Shown: positions 9,606-18,409 of the stretch, one piece after another
Position numbering within the stretch: position 1 is the first letter of the stretch
Layout of the letters: each line of letters begins with the position of its first letter
Origin: a candidate division WOR-3 bacterium
GTDB taxonomy: Bacteria; Hydrothermota; Tepidihabitantia; Tepidihabitantales; JAOUPE01
Reading direction: 5' to 3'
DNA: 20,886 nt
Assembly (NCBI GenBank): GCA_039801565.1
Contig: JBDRUX010000038.1
Location: 1 to 20,886 of the forward strand
The notes under the pieces: model-generated
Told to the model about the DNA's origin: nothing
Databases searched by the model: none
Seen by the model: the letters and a program-made list of their open reading frames with translations, nothing else
Position numbers and translations under genes: made by a program

Positions 9606-10517
9606 ATGTATGATGTAATTGTGATTGGCGGCGGTCCGGCTGGTCTTACTGCTGGGATTTATTGCGCCAGAGCAATGCTGAAAACTCTTTTATTAGAAAA
9701 AGAGACCTTAGGTGGTCAAGCCGCTAAAACACCCATCATTGAAAATTATCCTGGGTTTCCCGAAGGTATTGAAGGGGTTAATCTAATTGAACGAATGGTC
9801 GAACAGACTAAAAAGTTTGGAGTTGAGATTGCCATCGAGGTTGTAGAAAAGATAATCCTCAGCAATGGTGACAAAATAATCCGAACTGATAAAAAAGAAT
9901 ATCAAACCAAAGCAGTCATCATTGCCACTGGTTCAAGATACAAAGAACTTGGTGTTCCAGGAGAAAAGGAATTGGTTGGTAGAGGTGTATCCTACTGTGC
10001 GATATGTGATGGTCCATTATTCCGTAACCGAATAGTTGGCGTAGTGGGTGGTGGTGATTCGGCTCTGACTGAAGCGATTTATTTGAGTAAAATTGCTCAA
10101 AAGGTCTATCTCATCCACCGACGTGACCAGTTCCGTGCCGCACGCAGTATTCAAGAAAAAATTTCCACCATCAACAATATTGAAACTATTTTAAACAAAC
10201 TGGTGAAAAGTATTAAAGGCGAGAAACGATTGGAGGGTATAATAATTGTTGATAAAAACACTAACCAAGAGAGCGAATTGAAACTGAACGGTCTATTTAT
10301 CTATGTTGGTTTTCTTCCCAATACCGATTTTATCAAGGGTTTAATCAATCTGGATGAGACCGGTTATGTAATCACCAATGAAAATCTGGAAACCAGCATT
10401 TCAGGAGTTTTTGCAGCGGGTGATGTGCGGAAGAAAACATTGCGTCAGATTGCTACCGCGGTCGGTGATGGCGCAATGGCAGCAATTATGGCAGAAAGAT
10501 ATCTTGGTCAAGGTTAA
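9606..10517 (+). CDS. trxB: Thioredoxin-disulfide reductase
   Basis: FAD motif GGGPAG, redox CAIC (GVSYCAICDG), NADPH-binding GGGDSA and HRRD, and GVFAAGD. Confidence 0.96.
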   Translation: MYDVIVIGGGPAGLTAGIYCARAMLKTLLLEKETLGGQAAKTPIIENYPGFPEGIEGVNLIERMVEQTKKFGVEIAIEVVEKIILSNGDKIIRTDKKEYQTKAVIIATGSRYKELGVPGEKELVGRGVSYCAICDGPLFRNRIVGVVGGGDSALTEAIYLSKIAQKVYLIHRRDQFRAARSIQEKISTINNIETILNKLVKSIKGEKRLEGIIIVDKNTNQESELKLNGLFIYVGFLPNTDFIKGLINLDETGYVITNENLETSISGVFAAGDVRKKTLRQIATAVGDGAMAAIMAERYLGQG

Positions 10518-10524
10518 AGGAATA

Positions 10525-12057
10525 ATGAAATTAATTAAATTTTCATTGTTAATCATTTTGGTAATCTTTTTATCTTTATCAGCTGATGATTGGACGGTTG
10601 CAACCGGTGGTAAACCAAATCGAGCGGGCTTATCCGATGAAATTGGCCCGATTGATTCGACCGTTTTATGGCGTGGTGGTTTATCAGCAGTAGTTGCCCA
10701 CCCTGCGGTAATTGAAGGTAACATTGTCGCAATGGATAGAATTCAAAATCTCAACGATGTATTACACGGTACAAAGATTGTTGCCCAAGATTTATTGACT
10801 GGCGAAACTTTATGGACCAAAGATTTACCAGTGGATTTTCCAACAACTGATTGGCGAAATCGGGTATCCGCCATTCGCGATGGTAAAGTTTATGCTACCC
10901 GTTCGGGTAACACCAATGCTTCTTATCTTTATGCCTTAGATGCTCTTACTGGTGAAATTATTTGGCGTTCTCAGGATTTAATTGATGAGGCTTCAACCGA
11001 AGGAGCAAGTTTTGCTCAAAATGGTGATTTAATTATTGGCAATTTTACTAATATTAAAAGGATTAATGCTAATGACGGTACTACAATCTGGACCACGCCC
11101 CGCACCAGTCCAACCACTAATGGTAGCGAAGTAGCAATTTTTGGTAATATTGGTTATGCCTGGGAAGCAAGCCCACAAGGGCCAAGAATCTCAGCTTACA
11201 ATCTTGAGACCGGAGTTCGTTTATACTCAAGTCCGGGTTTGGGCGGTTTGGTTCAGCAAGCCGCCCCTTTTGTTGGTCCAGATGGAACGGTTTATGCCCC
11301 ACGAACCCAAAATAATCCAGCTACTGATTATCTCATCGCTTTTCAAGATGTTGATACCGCTTTGGAAGAGAAGTGGCGAGTTCCTTTGGGTTATGTGCCA
11401 TTTGCTTCCTTTGGTGTGGGACCCGATGGCAGTGTTTATAGTTACAGCCAATCCGGTCGAGTGATAAGAATTGATGCGCATAATGGTACGATTCTTGACA
11501 GTTCGGATGTAATTCTTATAGATTTTCCGGCTCAACCCCGAATGGCAATTGATGCTGATGGAAAGATATTTGTTACTAATGGCGGTTTCGCTAATGGTGG
11601 ACTTTATGCCTTCAATCCTGACCTGACTCTTCGTTGGTATTCGCCAATTCGAAATGTTAATATTGGTGGTCCTGCTCTTGGTCAAGGTGGTATTTTAATT
11701 GTTTGTGGAGTTGGTACTGATGTCCGAGCATATCGCAGCAGTGCCGGTGTTATCGAGAATAAAAGAGATAACCTGTCACTTATTGATTTACAAGTTTATC
11801 CAAACCCATTCCGCAAAAAGATAAATCTCAAACCAATATTTAATCAATGGAATTTGCTCGGTAGTTACTCATTAAAAATTTATAATGCTTCAGGTAAACT
11901 GATTAAGAATTTTTTGGTTCCAAGTAATTCCCTTTCTTCTTCAATTGTAACTTGGGATGCATTAGATAATAATGGTAACTCTATTCCTAATGGTTTGTAT
12001 ATAGTTAGATTTTATGACCATAATGGTTGCGTTTCTAAAAAAATATTAAAATATTAG
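10525..12057 (+). CDS. Secreted PQQ-like (BamB-type) beta-propeller protein with C-terminal FlgD-Ig/T9SS-like domain
   Basis: AAAGGA upstream of ATG 10525; the track start at 10378 overlaps trxB. Signal peptide MKLIKFSLLIILVIFLSLSA-DDW; LYALDALTGEIIW-type repeats; C-terminal VYPNPF...IYNASGKLIK...WDALD...NGLY. Confidence 0.85.
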   Translation: MKLIKFSLLIILVIFLSLSADDWTVATGGKPNRAGLSDEIGPIDSTVLWRGGLSAVVAHPAVIEGNIVAMDRIQNLNDVLHGTKIVAQDLLTGETLWTKDLPVDFPTTDWRNRVSAIRDGKVYATRSGNTNASYLYALDALTGEIIWRSQDLIDEASTEGASFAQNGDLIIGNFTNIKRINANDGTTIWTTPRTSPTTNGSEVAIFGNIGYAWEASPQGPRISAYNLETGVRLYSSPGLGGLVQQAAPFVGPDGTVYAPRTQNNPATDYLIAFQDVDTALEEKWRVPLGYVPFASFGVGPDGSVYSYSQSGRVIRIDAHNGTILDSSDVILIDFPAQPRMAIDADGKIFVTNGGFANGGLYAFNPDLTLRWYSPIRNVNIGGPALGQGGILIVCGVGTDVRAYRSSAGVIENKRDNLSLIDLQVYPNPFRKKINLKPIFNQWNLLGSYSLKIYNASGKLIKNFLVPSNSLSSSIVTWDALDNNGNSIPNGLYIVRFYDHNGCVSKKILKY

Positions 12058-12275
12058 TGGCATCTCGATCTTCCCAATCTGTTTAAATTCCAATTGCTGA
12101 ATAAATCTTTAAATTGCGCCAGTTATCTTTTGTCAACGAAGGCAGGTTCGCTTCAATAAATAAACCCGATTTTAAATTGAGTTTGCAAAAACCGAAGATT
12201 TAATGATGATTGGATTGGTCTATTTATTAATTTCCTAAAATAATTAGTCTAACAGCCCACAGTGAATTGATGAAA

Positions 12276-14507
12276 TCAGTTCGGAAAATAGCGGAAATCT
12301 CGACCAACTGAAATTAAGAAATTACCTCGAATCATCGATGATGATTTAATCAAATCAGCTACACCGAAAATTAGTTGGAAAGGACCGATAGGGGTATTAG
12401 TCCTTATTCCCAATCCAAATCCCCAATTTAGAACCGAATCGAGTTTGAGAGCATCAGTGAATTGATTCAATCTTTGAAAAGTAGCAAGATTGGAGAGTAA
12501 TTGAAAATAGAACGGGTAATCGTCACGGTTGAAAAGGCGAAAGAGTCGAAACTCGGTACCCAGGCGAATTATTGCCTTATCTTTAGTTGTAAATTCATCT
12601 TTAGCGAACCCAACCAAATTTTCACCGCCACTGCGAAAGCATTCCGACCAAGGTAATTCGCCCCGAGTCATTCCGAGTTCAAAACCGTAGCGCCAAAGCC
12701 ACCAAGTTGTTAATGGTGCAATCCGTTCCATTGAAAAATTAATTTTTATGAACTCTTTATCGGACTTAAATTTTTTATTGGCGAGATAAAAATCAAACCG
12801 ATAGATTAAGCCCCGGCCGGGCAAAAATAAATCGTTGCAGTTGTTGAATTCTAAAAGGAAACTCGGACCGATTGTCCATTCTTTTTCTGGTATTGAGTCA
12901 AAAATGGCTAAAGGCGGCATTAAGTACCGAGCTTCATACCCTTTTAGACCAATATTGAAATAGGCATCCCGACCTAATATATAGCCGGCTTCGACAACGC
13001 TACCGCGATGGATGGTATTATAATCCGCTTGCCATACACCATCGCGCCAATAAGAGTGTTCGACTGACCGCCAAAATCCGTCCAGCCGATAACCAAATGG
13101 TAAACGGAAGAGGCGTGTCCCGGTTAAACCTAATCGGTATTCATTGGGATTGCCCAATTGCATAACCCCACGCAAACTGGCACCAGACCCACCTAAATTG
13201 CCTTGTCCGAATTCCAGACCTAAACCAAGATTGTCCGCATTATCATAACGCACCCCTAAGGAGTAAAAGCCATAAGCGCGCTCTTTGACCTTAATTATTA
13301 TATCAACCCAATCTTGACCAGTGAATTCTAAGCGATAGTTCACTGACTCAAAAAGTCCAGTATTGAATATTCGGTTTAGGTCATTGATAAGGCGTTTGAA
13401 ATCTAAATAACTACCAGGTCGTGTTCTTATTTCGCTGATTAATAAGCGGGGATGGGTAATTCTTAGTCCTTCAAAACGAATTGAATGGACTAAGGGTAGT
13501 GGCTTTGGTATTATTTTTTTGTGCACGCTAACGGGCTTACAACCAGCCAGTTTTTTATAAATTTCTGGTAGTATGGTACGGGCTGCCGATTCACCAACTG
13601 CAATCAATTCGCGTGCCCGGGCAAAATCAGAATGCAAAAACTTATCAACATTTGGTTCAATCAGAATATCGGCTAATTGCTTCTGGCGTTTTAAATCTTC
13701 AATCCCCACTACATCAATGGTTCGCGAAACAACATCAATTAACGAATTTCCACCCGCCTGACTATGTTTCATCGTTAAGACTGCAATTATAAAATCAGGT
13801 TTAAATTCTAATAGAGGGTCAACTGGTAAATATTGTTGGAGTCCACCATCAACCAGTTGTTCGCCGGCGAAATCTTCCGGGGCAAAAACACCGGGGATGG
13901 CGATACTGGCGCGAATTGCTTGAGCCAGTCGGCCATTTTTTATAATCTTTTTTTGCCCAGTGAGTAAATCAACCGCCACCGCTCGATAAGGAATGGGCAG
14001 ACTATCAAAATTATAATTGGTGTGATACTCAATCTCAGCTAAAAGTTGCATTAAGAGAAATTCGACATTTTGGAGGGAGATTAAACCACTGGGTAGGGCT
14101 GGAAAAAAATTGCGATGGCGTAACTGAATAATATAGCGCTGGCTTTGCCGACGTTCCGGAAGATATTGGGAACCAAAGGATGGATTGGAACTGAAAAGTT
14201 TTGACCAATCAGCATTGACCGCCAGACTTTCCATTACGGTGGGACTGTAACCAGCTGCATACACCCCACCGACTAAAGAACCCATACTGTTACCAGAAAT
14301 GCCAACAATTGGTATCCCAACCGAATCTAATACCTTTAACACACCGATATGAGCAAAACCCAAGGCAGCGCCACCGGAGAGTGCTAAACCAATTCGAACC
14401 GGACGTGGTGTAATTTCAAAAGAATCGGATTTTGGTAAAGAGTCGTTCGGTTTACTAACCGCAACGACTAAAACGAGAAGAATTAATCTACAAAAAATCA
14501 TTTTCAC
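12276..14507 (-). CDS. Patatin-like phospholipase fused to POTRA and an Omp85/BamA-type barrel (PlpD/type Vd-like)
   Basis: Signal peptide; patatin motifs LSGGAALG (oxyanion), GNSMG (GxSxG) and DGG; POTRA-like IRFEGLRIT...IFNTGLFESV...VKER; C-terminal GLGIRTNTPIGPF barrel motif. Start is GTG 14507 or ATG 14501. Confidence 0.88.
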   Translation of the reverse strand: MKMIFCRLILLVLVVAVSKPNDSLPKSDSFEITPRPVRIGLALSGGAALGFAHIGVLKVLDSVGIPIVGISGNSMGSLVGGVYAAGYSPTVMESLAVNADWSKLFSSNPSFGSQYLPERRQSQRYIIQLRHRNFFPALPSGLISLQNVEFLLMQLLAEIEYHTNYNFDSLPIPYRAVAVDLLTGQKKIIKNGRLAQAIRASIAIPGVFAPEDFAGEQLVDGGLQQYLPVDPLLEFKPDFIIAVLTMKHSQAGGNSLIDVVSRTIDVVGIEDLKRQKQLADILIEPNVDKFLHSDFARARELIAVGESAARTILPEIYKKLAGCKPVSVHKKIIPKPLPLVHSIRFEGLRITHPRLLISEIRTRPGSYLDFKRLINDLNRIFNTGLFESVNYRLEFTGQDWVDIIIKVKERAYGFYSLGVRYDNADNLGLGLEFGQGNLGGSGASLRGVMQLGNPNEYRLGLTGTRLFRLPFGYRLDGFWRSVEHSYWRDGVWQADYNTIHRGSVVEAGYILGRDAYFNIGLKGYEARYLMPPLAIFDSIPEKEWTIGPSFLLEFNNCNDLFLPGRGLIYRFDFYLANKKFKSDKEFIKINFSMERIAPLTTWWLWRYGFELGMTRGELPWSECFRSGGENLVGFAKDEFTTKDKAIIRLGTEFRLFRLFNRDDYPFYFQLLSNLATFQRLNQFTDALKLDSVLNWGFGLGIRTNTPIGPFQLIFGVADLIKSSSMIRGNFLISVGRDFRYFPN

Positions 14508-14531
14508 CCAAACTAAGATTGAATGTCAGGC

Positions 14532-14560
14532 AATTTAAACAAAATTCCACCAATTGTCAA
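14532..14560 (-). promoter_or_regulatory. Sigma70-type promoter for the patatin gene, divergent from rsmI
   Basis: On the - strand: TTGACA (14560-14555), 17 nt, TAAATT (14537-14532). Confidence 0.55.
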
Positions 14561-14591
14561 TTCCTTTGCGGGCGCTTTAGTTTGATTGGAA

Positions 14592-14619
14592 TTGACTTTT
14601 TGAAAAATTAAGTTATTAT
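14592..14619 (+). promoter_or_regulatory. Sigma70-type promoter for rsmI-CDP-AP-hflX
   Basis: TTGACT (14592-14597), 16 nt, TATTAT (14614-14619). Confidence 0.6.
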
Positions 14620-14644
14620 ATATTATCTGAGTTTAGAAGCAGGC

Positions 14645-15316
14645 TTGTATATTGTTAGCACACCAATCGGAAATCTTGCCGATATTACGCTACGGGCTTT
14701 GACGGTTCTTAAAGAAGTTGATTGGATTGCCTGTGAAGATACCAGAAGGACTGGCTTATTACTTAGCCACTATCAGATTAAAAATCGTCTAATCAGTTAT
14801 CACGAATATAATAAACGGGAACGGACCGCTGAAATTTTGGAACTTTTACGGCAAGGGAAAAGGGTTGCTTTAGTTTCTGATGCCGGAACTCCTGGGATTT
14901 CTGACCCGGGTTTTTATCTGATTCGAGCGGCAATTGAGAATAATTTGCGGGTGATTCCAATTCCTGGTCCATCAGCAATCTTGGCTGGTATCGTCATTTC
15001 GGGTTTGCCATCGGACCGGTTTGCCTTTGAAGGTTTTTTGCCAAAAAGGGAGGGTCGAAAAAGGAAGAAATTGGAAGAGTTGAAGTTTGAAAAGAGAACG
15101 ATGATATTTTACGACTCACCGAATCGGGTTTTGAAAACCCTTAATACGATGTTGGAAATTTTTGCCGACCGGCGAATTGTAATAGTCCGGGAACTTACTA
15201 AGAAATTTGAAGAGACGATTCGGGGGAAGATAAGCGAAGTGATTGAGATTTTAGCCAAACGGAAATTAAAAGGCGAAATTGTTTTAATTGTTGAAGGTTA
15301 TGCGGGAAGAGTATAA
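14645..15316 (+). CDS. rsmI: 16S rRNA (cytidine1402-2'-O)-methyltransferase
   Basis: Motifs LYIVSTPIGNL.DIT.RA, ACEDTR, LVSDAGTPGISDPG, FEGFLP and RELTKKFE. The true start may be the in-frame CTG at 14627. Confidence 0.95.
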   Translation: MYIVSTPIGNLADITLRALTVLKEVDWIACEDTRRTGLLLSHYQIKNRLISYHEYNKRERTAEILELLRQGKRVALVSDAGTPGISDPGFYLIRAAIENNLRVIPIPGPSAILAGIVISGLPSDRFAFEGFLPKREGRKRKKLEELKFEKRTMIFYDSPNRVLKTLNTMLEIFADRRIVIVRELTKKFEETIRGKISEVIEILAKRKLKGEIVLIVEGYAGRV

Positions 15317-15872
15317 GGTTTTTGCCCGTAAGCCGTTACAACCGATCATCCGCTGGCTGGTGAAAATAAAGTTTCCACCCGATTTATTAACCATATTATC
15401 TTTGCCAGCGAGTCTGGGTGTTGCTTATTTTTTTGCGGTGGGAAATTTTTTCTGGGCCGGTATCTTTTTGCTCTTAGTCGGTTTTTTCGATACGGTGGAC
15501 GGTGAGGTAGCAAGACAGAGCAACCGACTTAATCCCAAAGGCGCCTTCTTAGATTCAACAATTGACCGAATCGCTGAATTTCTGGTCTGGCTTGGACTTT
15601 TCATCTATTTTCGGACCAATCAAGGTGTTACACTTTTAATATTTATCACCTTTTTTGCTTCATTACTGGTTAGTTATATTCGTGCTCGTGCTCAAGGGAT
15701 TGGCAATGAGTGTAGCACCGGAATTTTTGAACGCCCCGTCCGCTTTCTCTTCTTAGTTTTGGCAACCTTTCTTTTGAAAAAAAGGTTATTTCCGATCGTA
15801 TTTTGGATTATTTTAATTGGTAGTTTTTTTACAATCATCCAGCGGTTGAATTATGTCTTAAAGCGTAACTAA
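15300..15872 (+). CDS. CDP-alcohol phosphatidyltransferase, resembling the phosphatidylinositol-phosphate synthase type
   Basis: Signature DxxDGxxAR...GxxxDxxxD (DTVDGEVAR...GAFLDSTIDR), multiple TM helices and SYIRARA...GIFERP. ATG at 15300 overlaps the end of rsmI. Confidence 0.88.
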   Translation: MREEYKVFARKPLQPIIRWLVKIKFPPDLLTILSLPASLGVAYFFAVGNFFWAGIFLLLVGFFDTVDGEVARQSNRLNPKGAFLDSTIDRIAEFLVWLGLFIYFRTNQGVTLLIFITFFASLLVSYIRARAQGIGNECSTGIFERPVRFLFLVLATFLLKKRLFPIVFWIILIGSFFTIIQRLNYVLKRN

Positions 15873-15873
15873 G

Positions 15874-17130
15874 ATGGCGGAACGCGCTTTATTAATTGGT
15901 GTGGCACAATCTAATCAAGAACGCTGGGCAAAGATTGATTCCTTAGAGGAGTTGGCGGCGTTGACTTTGACTGCGGGAGGCGTGGTGGTCGAAAAGATTT
16001 TACAGATTCGACCAAAATTCAATCCGGCTTTTCTTTTAGGTGAAGGCAAAATTCAGGAGATAAAAGACCTATGCCGACGCCATCGAATCGAACTTTTGAT
16101 TTTTGACGATCCCCTAACCCCTTCCCAAATTCGTAATATCGAAATGGCAACTGGAGTTCGAACCATAGACCGCACTTCGCTTATTCTGGACATTTTTGCC
16201 CAACACGCCAAAACCGCGGAATCAAAAATTCAAGTTGAGTTGGCGCAATTGGAGTATCGTTCGACAATGCTTACTGGTTTTGGTGTGGAATTATCGCGTT
16301 TAGGCGGTGGAATTGGAACCCGTGGTCCCGGGGAGAAGAAATTGGAAGTAGACCGGCGACGCATTCGAGAACGGATTGCGGTCTTAAAAAAAGGACTGGC
16401 AAGGATTGATAAAGAACGATGGGTGCAAAGAAAACAACGCGCCCCATTCTTTAAAATCGCCTTAGTTGGCTATACCAATGCTGGAAAATCAACATTGATG
16501 AATCGGTTGACCAATGCTGGGGTTAAAGTTGCTGACTATCTATTTTCGACCCTTGACCCAAATACCAAAGTTTTGGCGCTTAATCGGAATTTGAAAGTTC
16601 TTTTGACCGACACGGTGGGATTTATTAAAAACCTACCCCACCAGTTAGTTGCCAGTTTTCGAGCAACTTTAAGTGAAATCAAAGAAGCTGATTTAATCCT
16701 TCATATCGTTGATGCCTCGGTCGAAGATGTTACACCTAAGATTAATGCGGTTGAGGAAACGATGAAAGCAATTGGTGCGACTGGTAAACCAACTCTTTTG
16801 GTCTTTAATAAGATTGACCGAGTTTTCGAAGACGAGATTATTGAACGACTGGCACGCGCCTATCCTAATTCGGTTTTCATTTCCAGTCTAACTGGTGAAG
16901 GCATCGAGAAATTAAAAGACGCCGTTGGGCAATTTATTCAATCCCATCTTGTCACAAAGACAATAACAATTCCAATGGAACGGCAGGATGTCGTGGCTAA
17001 ACTTTATCAAGTCGGAGAAGTGATAAAACGAATTGAACAGAATGGCAGGGTTAAATTTAAAATAAGAGGTTATCCGGCGGTGCTTCTTCGCACCAAAAAA
17101 GAGATTGATCGGTTACTGCGAAACAAGTAG
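15874..17130 (+). CDS. hflX: Ribosome-splitting GTPase HflX
   Basis: G1 GYTNAGKS, G2 FSTLD, G3 DTVGF and G4 NKID; N-terminal DRT.LILDIF, QVELAQL and GIGTRGPGE. Confidence 0.96.
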   Translation: MAERALLIGVAQSNQERWAKIDSLEELAALTLTAGGVVVEKILQIRPKFNPAFLLGEGKIQEIKDLCRRHRIELLIFDDPLTPSQIRNIEMATGVRTIDRTSLILDIFAQHAKTAESKIQVELAQLEYRSTMLTGFGVELSRLGGGIGTRGPGEKKLEVDRRRIRERIAVLKKGLARIDKERWVQRKQRAPFFKIALVGYTNAGKSTLMNRLTNAGVKVADYLFSTLDPNTKVLALNRNLKVLLTDTVGFIKNLPHQLVASFRATLSEIKEADLILHIVDASVEDVTPKINAVEETMKAIGATGKPTLLVFNKIDRVFEDEIIERLARAYPNSVFISSLTGEGIEKLKDAVGQFIQSHLVTKTITIPMERQDVVAKLYQVGEVIKRIEQNGRVKFKIRGYPAVLLRTKKEIDRLLRNK

Positions 17131-17140
17131 ATTTCAAGAT

Positions 17141-17170
17141 AAAAAAGCGGGGTCACTTCGACCCCGCTTT
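17141..17170. terminator. Intrinsic terminator between the convergent hflX and lipoprotein genes (stronger on the - strand)
   Basis: Perfect 11-bp inverted repeat aaagcggggtc (17144-17154), loop acttc, gaccccgcttt (17160-17170). Gives a U6 tail on the - strand and U3 on the + strand. Confidence 0.88.
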
Positions 17171-17182
17171 AGTTAAGCAAAT

Positions 17183-18400
17183 CTATGGATTCCAGTAATC
17201 GTCAGTATCTTCACCGCCAATCCCATTGCCGTTACTATCGAGCAGTCGCCCTTTTTTCGATTTGACACTTTTAGAGACAAAAACCTTAAACGGACCATTA
17301 GCCTCTCGTTCAAAATAATATTCAACACTGGTGGCATTAGGAACAGTCCGATTAAGAATTACCAAACTTCCAGGAACATAACCAGTAGCATCAAAGACTT
17401 TGATATTTTCCGCGGTGAGTGTAGTTTCATCCATCCGCTGGCTAAAGTTAAATTTTCGCCCGTTGGTTATCGGTTCATGGTTAACGGTCGGTGGTTCGAT
17501 GGTGTCGTAGAGGAAATACCAGACGAAATTTGGTTCATTCGACTCAGGTCCATCGTAATCAGCATCAAGCGTAAATAAGTAATCTGGGGTATTTCGAGGA
17601 TACTTGGCTTTGAGATTAGCACTGGTTATAACGAAAAAGTACTTATTGCCGTTGATCAAACTGTCGCCGGCTTGCTTTAATTTGAAAGAAATTCTGTCTT
17701 CTTGACAGTAAACCGTATCAATTGGCACTGGATCACCAGTTGGTGAACCTTTGAAGAGTTTGAAGTTAGCGATGTAATCAGTCCGACGGGTCGTGTCCAT
17801 TTTAGTGCTGAAATTGATCGTGACTGTTGGTCGAGGGTCGGTAATCCGTTGGGTATCGGGTGAAATTGCGGTAATTTTCGGCTGAACGGTTGGGACACAA
17901 CTATCCGGGGCTGAACCAGTGGTGTAAAAGGTTGTTAGATAATCATCGTAAGGCGAACCATCAGCGATACCATCGCGGTCACCATCCAAAACCGTACCGT
18001 AACGATTTTTAATCCCACCCGTGATTAACCGAAGCAGATAAGCTGAACTGGAAGACCAACCTTCTGAACGAATGTAAAGTTTCTTGGCTTCTTTATTGTA
18101 ACTCACTACGATACTTGGCACACTGTCACCAGTTGTCGTGTTAATCACCTTCACATTACCGCTGAAGGATTCAGGGTCCATAAAATCGGAAAATGTTACA
18201 ACCACACTGGCTTGGATACCGGAAGTGTCTGGGTCGTCATCGGTAAGCATTGCCCGGTTTTGTGGGCTAACGCTCTGGACATAAGGGAAATTACCAGCAC
18301 CAATGGTGGGTAAATCGGGATTAATTGGTGGCAATAGATTTTCTTGCTTACAAGCCAAGAAAAGAACAAATCCGAATAAAAGTTTTAATACCTTCTTCAT
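17183..18400 (-). CDS. Lipoprotein with three Ig-like (Big_5-type) domains, each followed by a DxDxDG-like Ca-binding motif
   Basis: Lipobox FLAC (Cys17) after a KK-hydrophobic signal. Three repeats of P.V/I...F-S-x-x-M-D...N.K(V/L), ending in LDGDRDG, LDADYDG and LDSNGNG. SD AGGAGG overlaps the upstream stop. Confidence 0.82.
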   Translation of the reverse strand: MKKVLKLLFGFVLFLACKQENLLPPINPDLPTIGAGNFPYVQSVSPQNRAMLTDDDPDTSGIQASVVVTFSDFMDPESFSGNVKVINTTTGDSVPSIVVSYNKEAKKLYIRSEGWSSSSAYLLRLITGGIKNRYGTVLDGDRDGIADGSPYDDYLTTFYTTGSAPDSCVPTVQPKITAISPDTQRITDPRPTVTINFSTKMDTTRRTDYIANFKLFKGSPTGDPVPIDTVYCQEDRISFKLKQAGDSLINGNKYFFVITSANLKAKYPRNTPDYLFTLDADYDGPESNEPNFVWYFLYDTIEPPTVNHEPITNGRKFNFSQRMDETTLTAENIKVFDATGYVPGSLVILNRTVPNATSVEYYFEREANGPFKVFVSKSVKSKKGRLLDSNGNGIGGEDTDDYWNP

Positions 18401-18409
18401 TGTGCCTCC

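Noticed and set aside
12058..12275. Intrinsic terminator between the convergent genes
   Set aside because: Only weak 4-bp stems (around 12137-12154) were found, without U-tracts.
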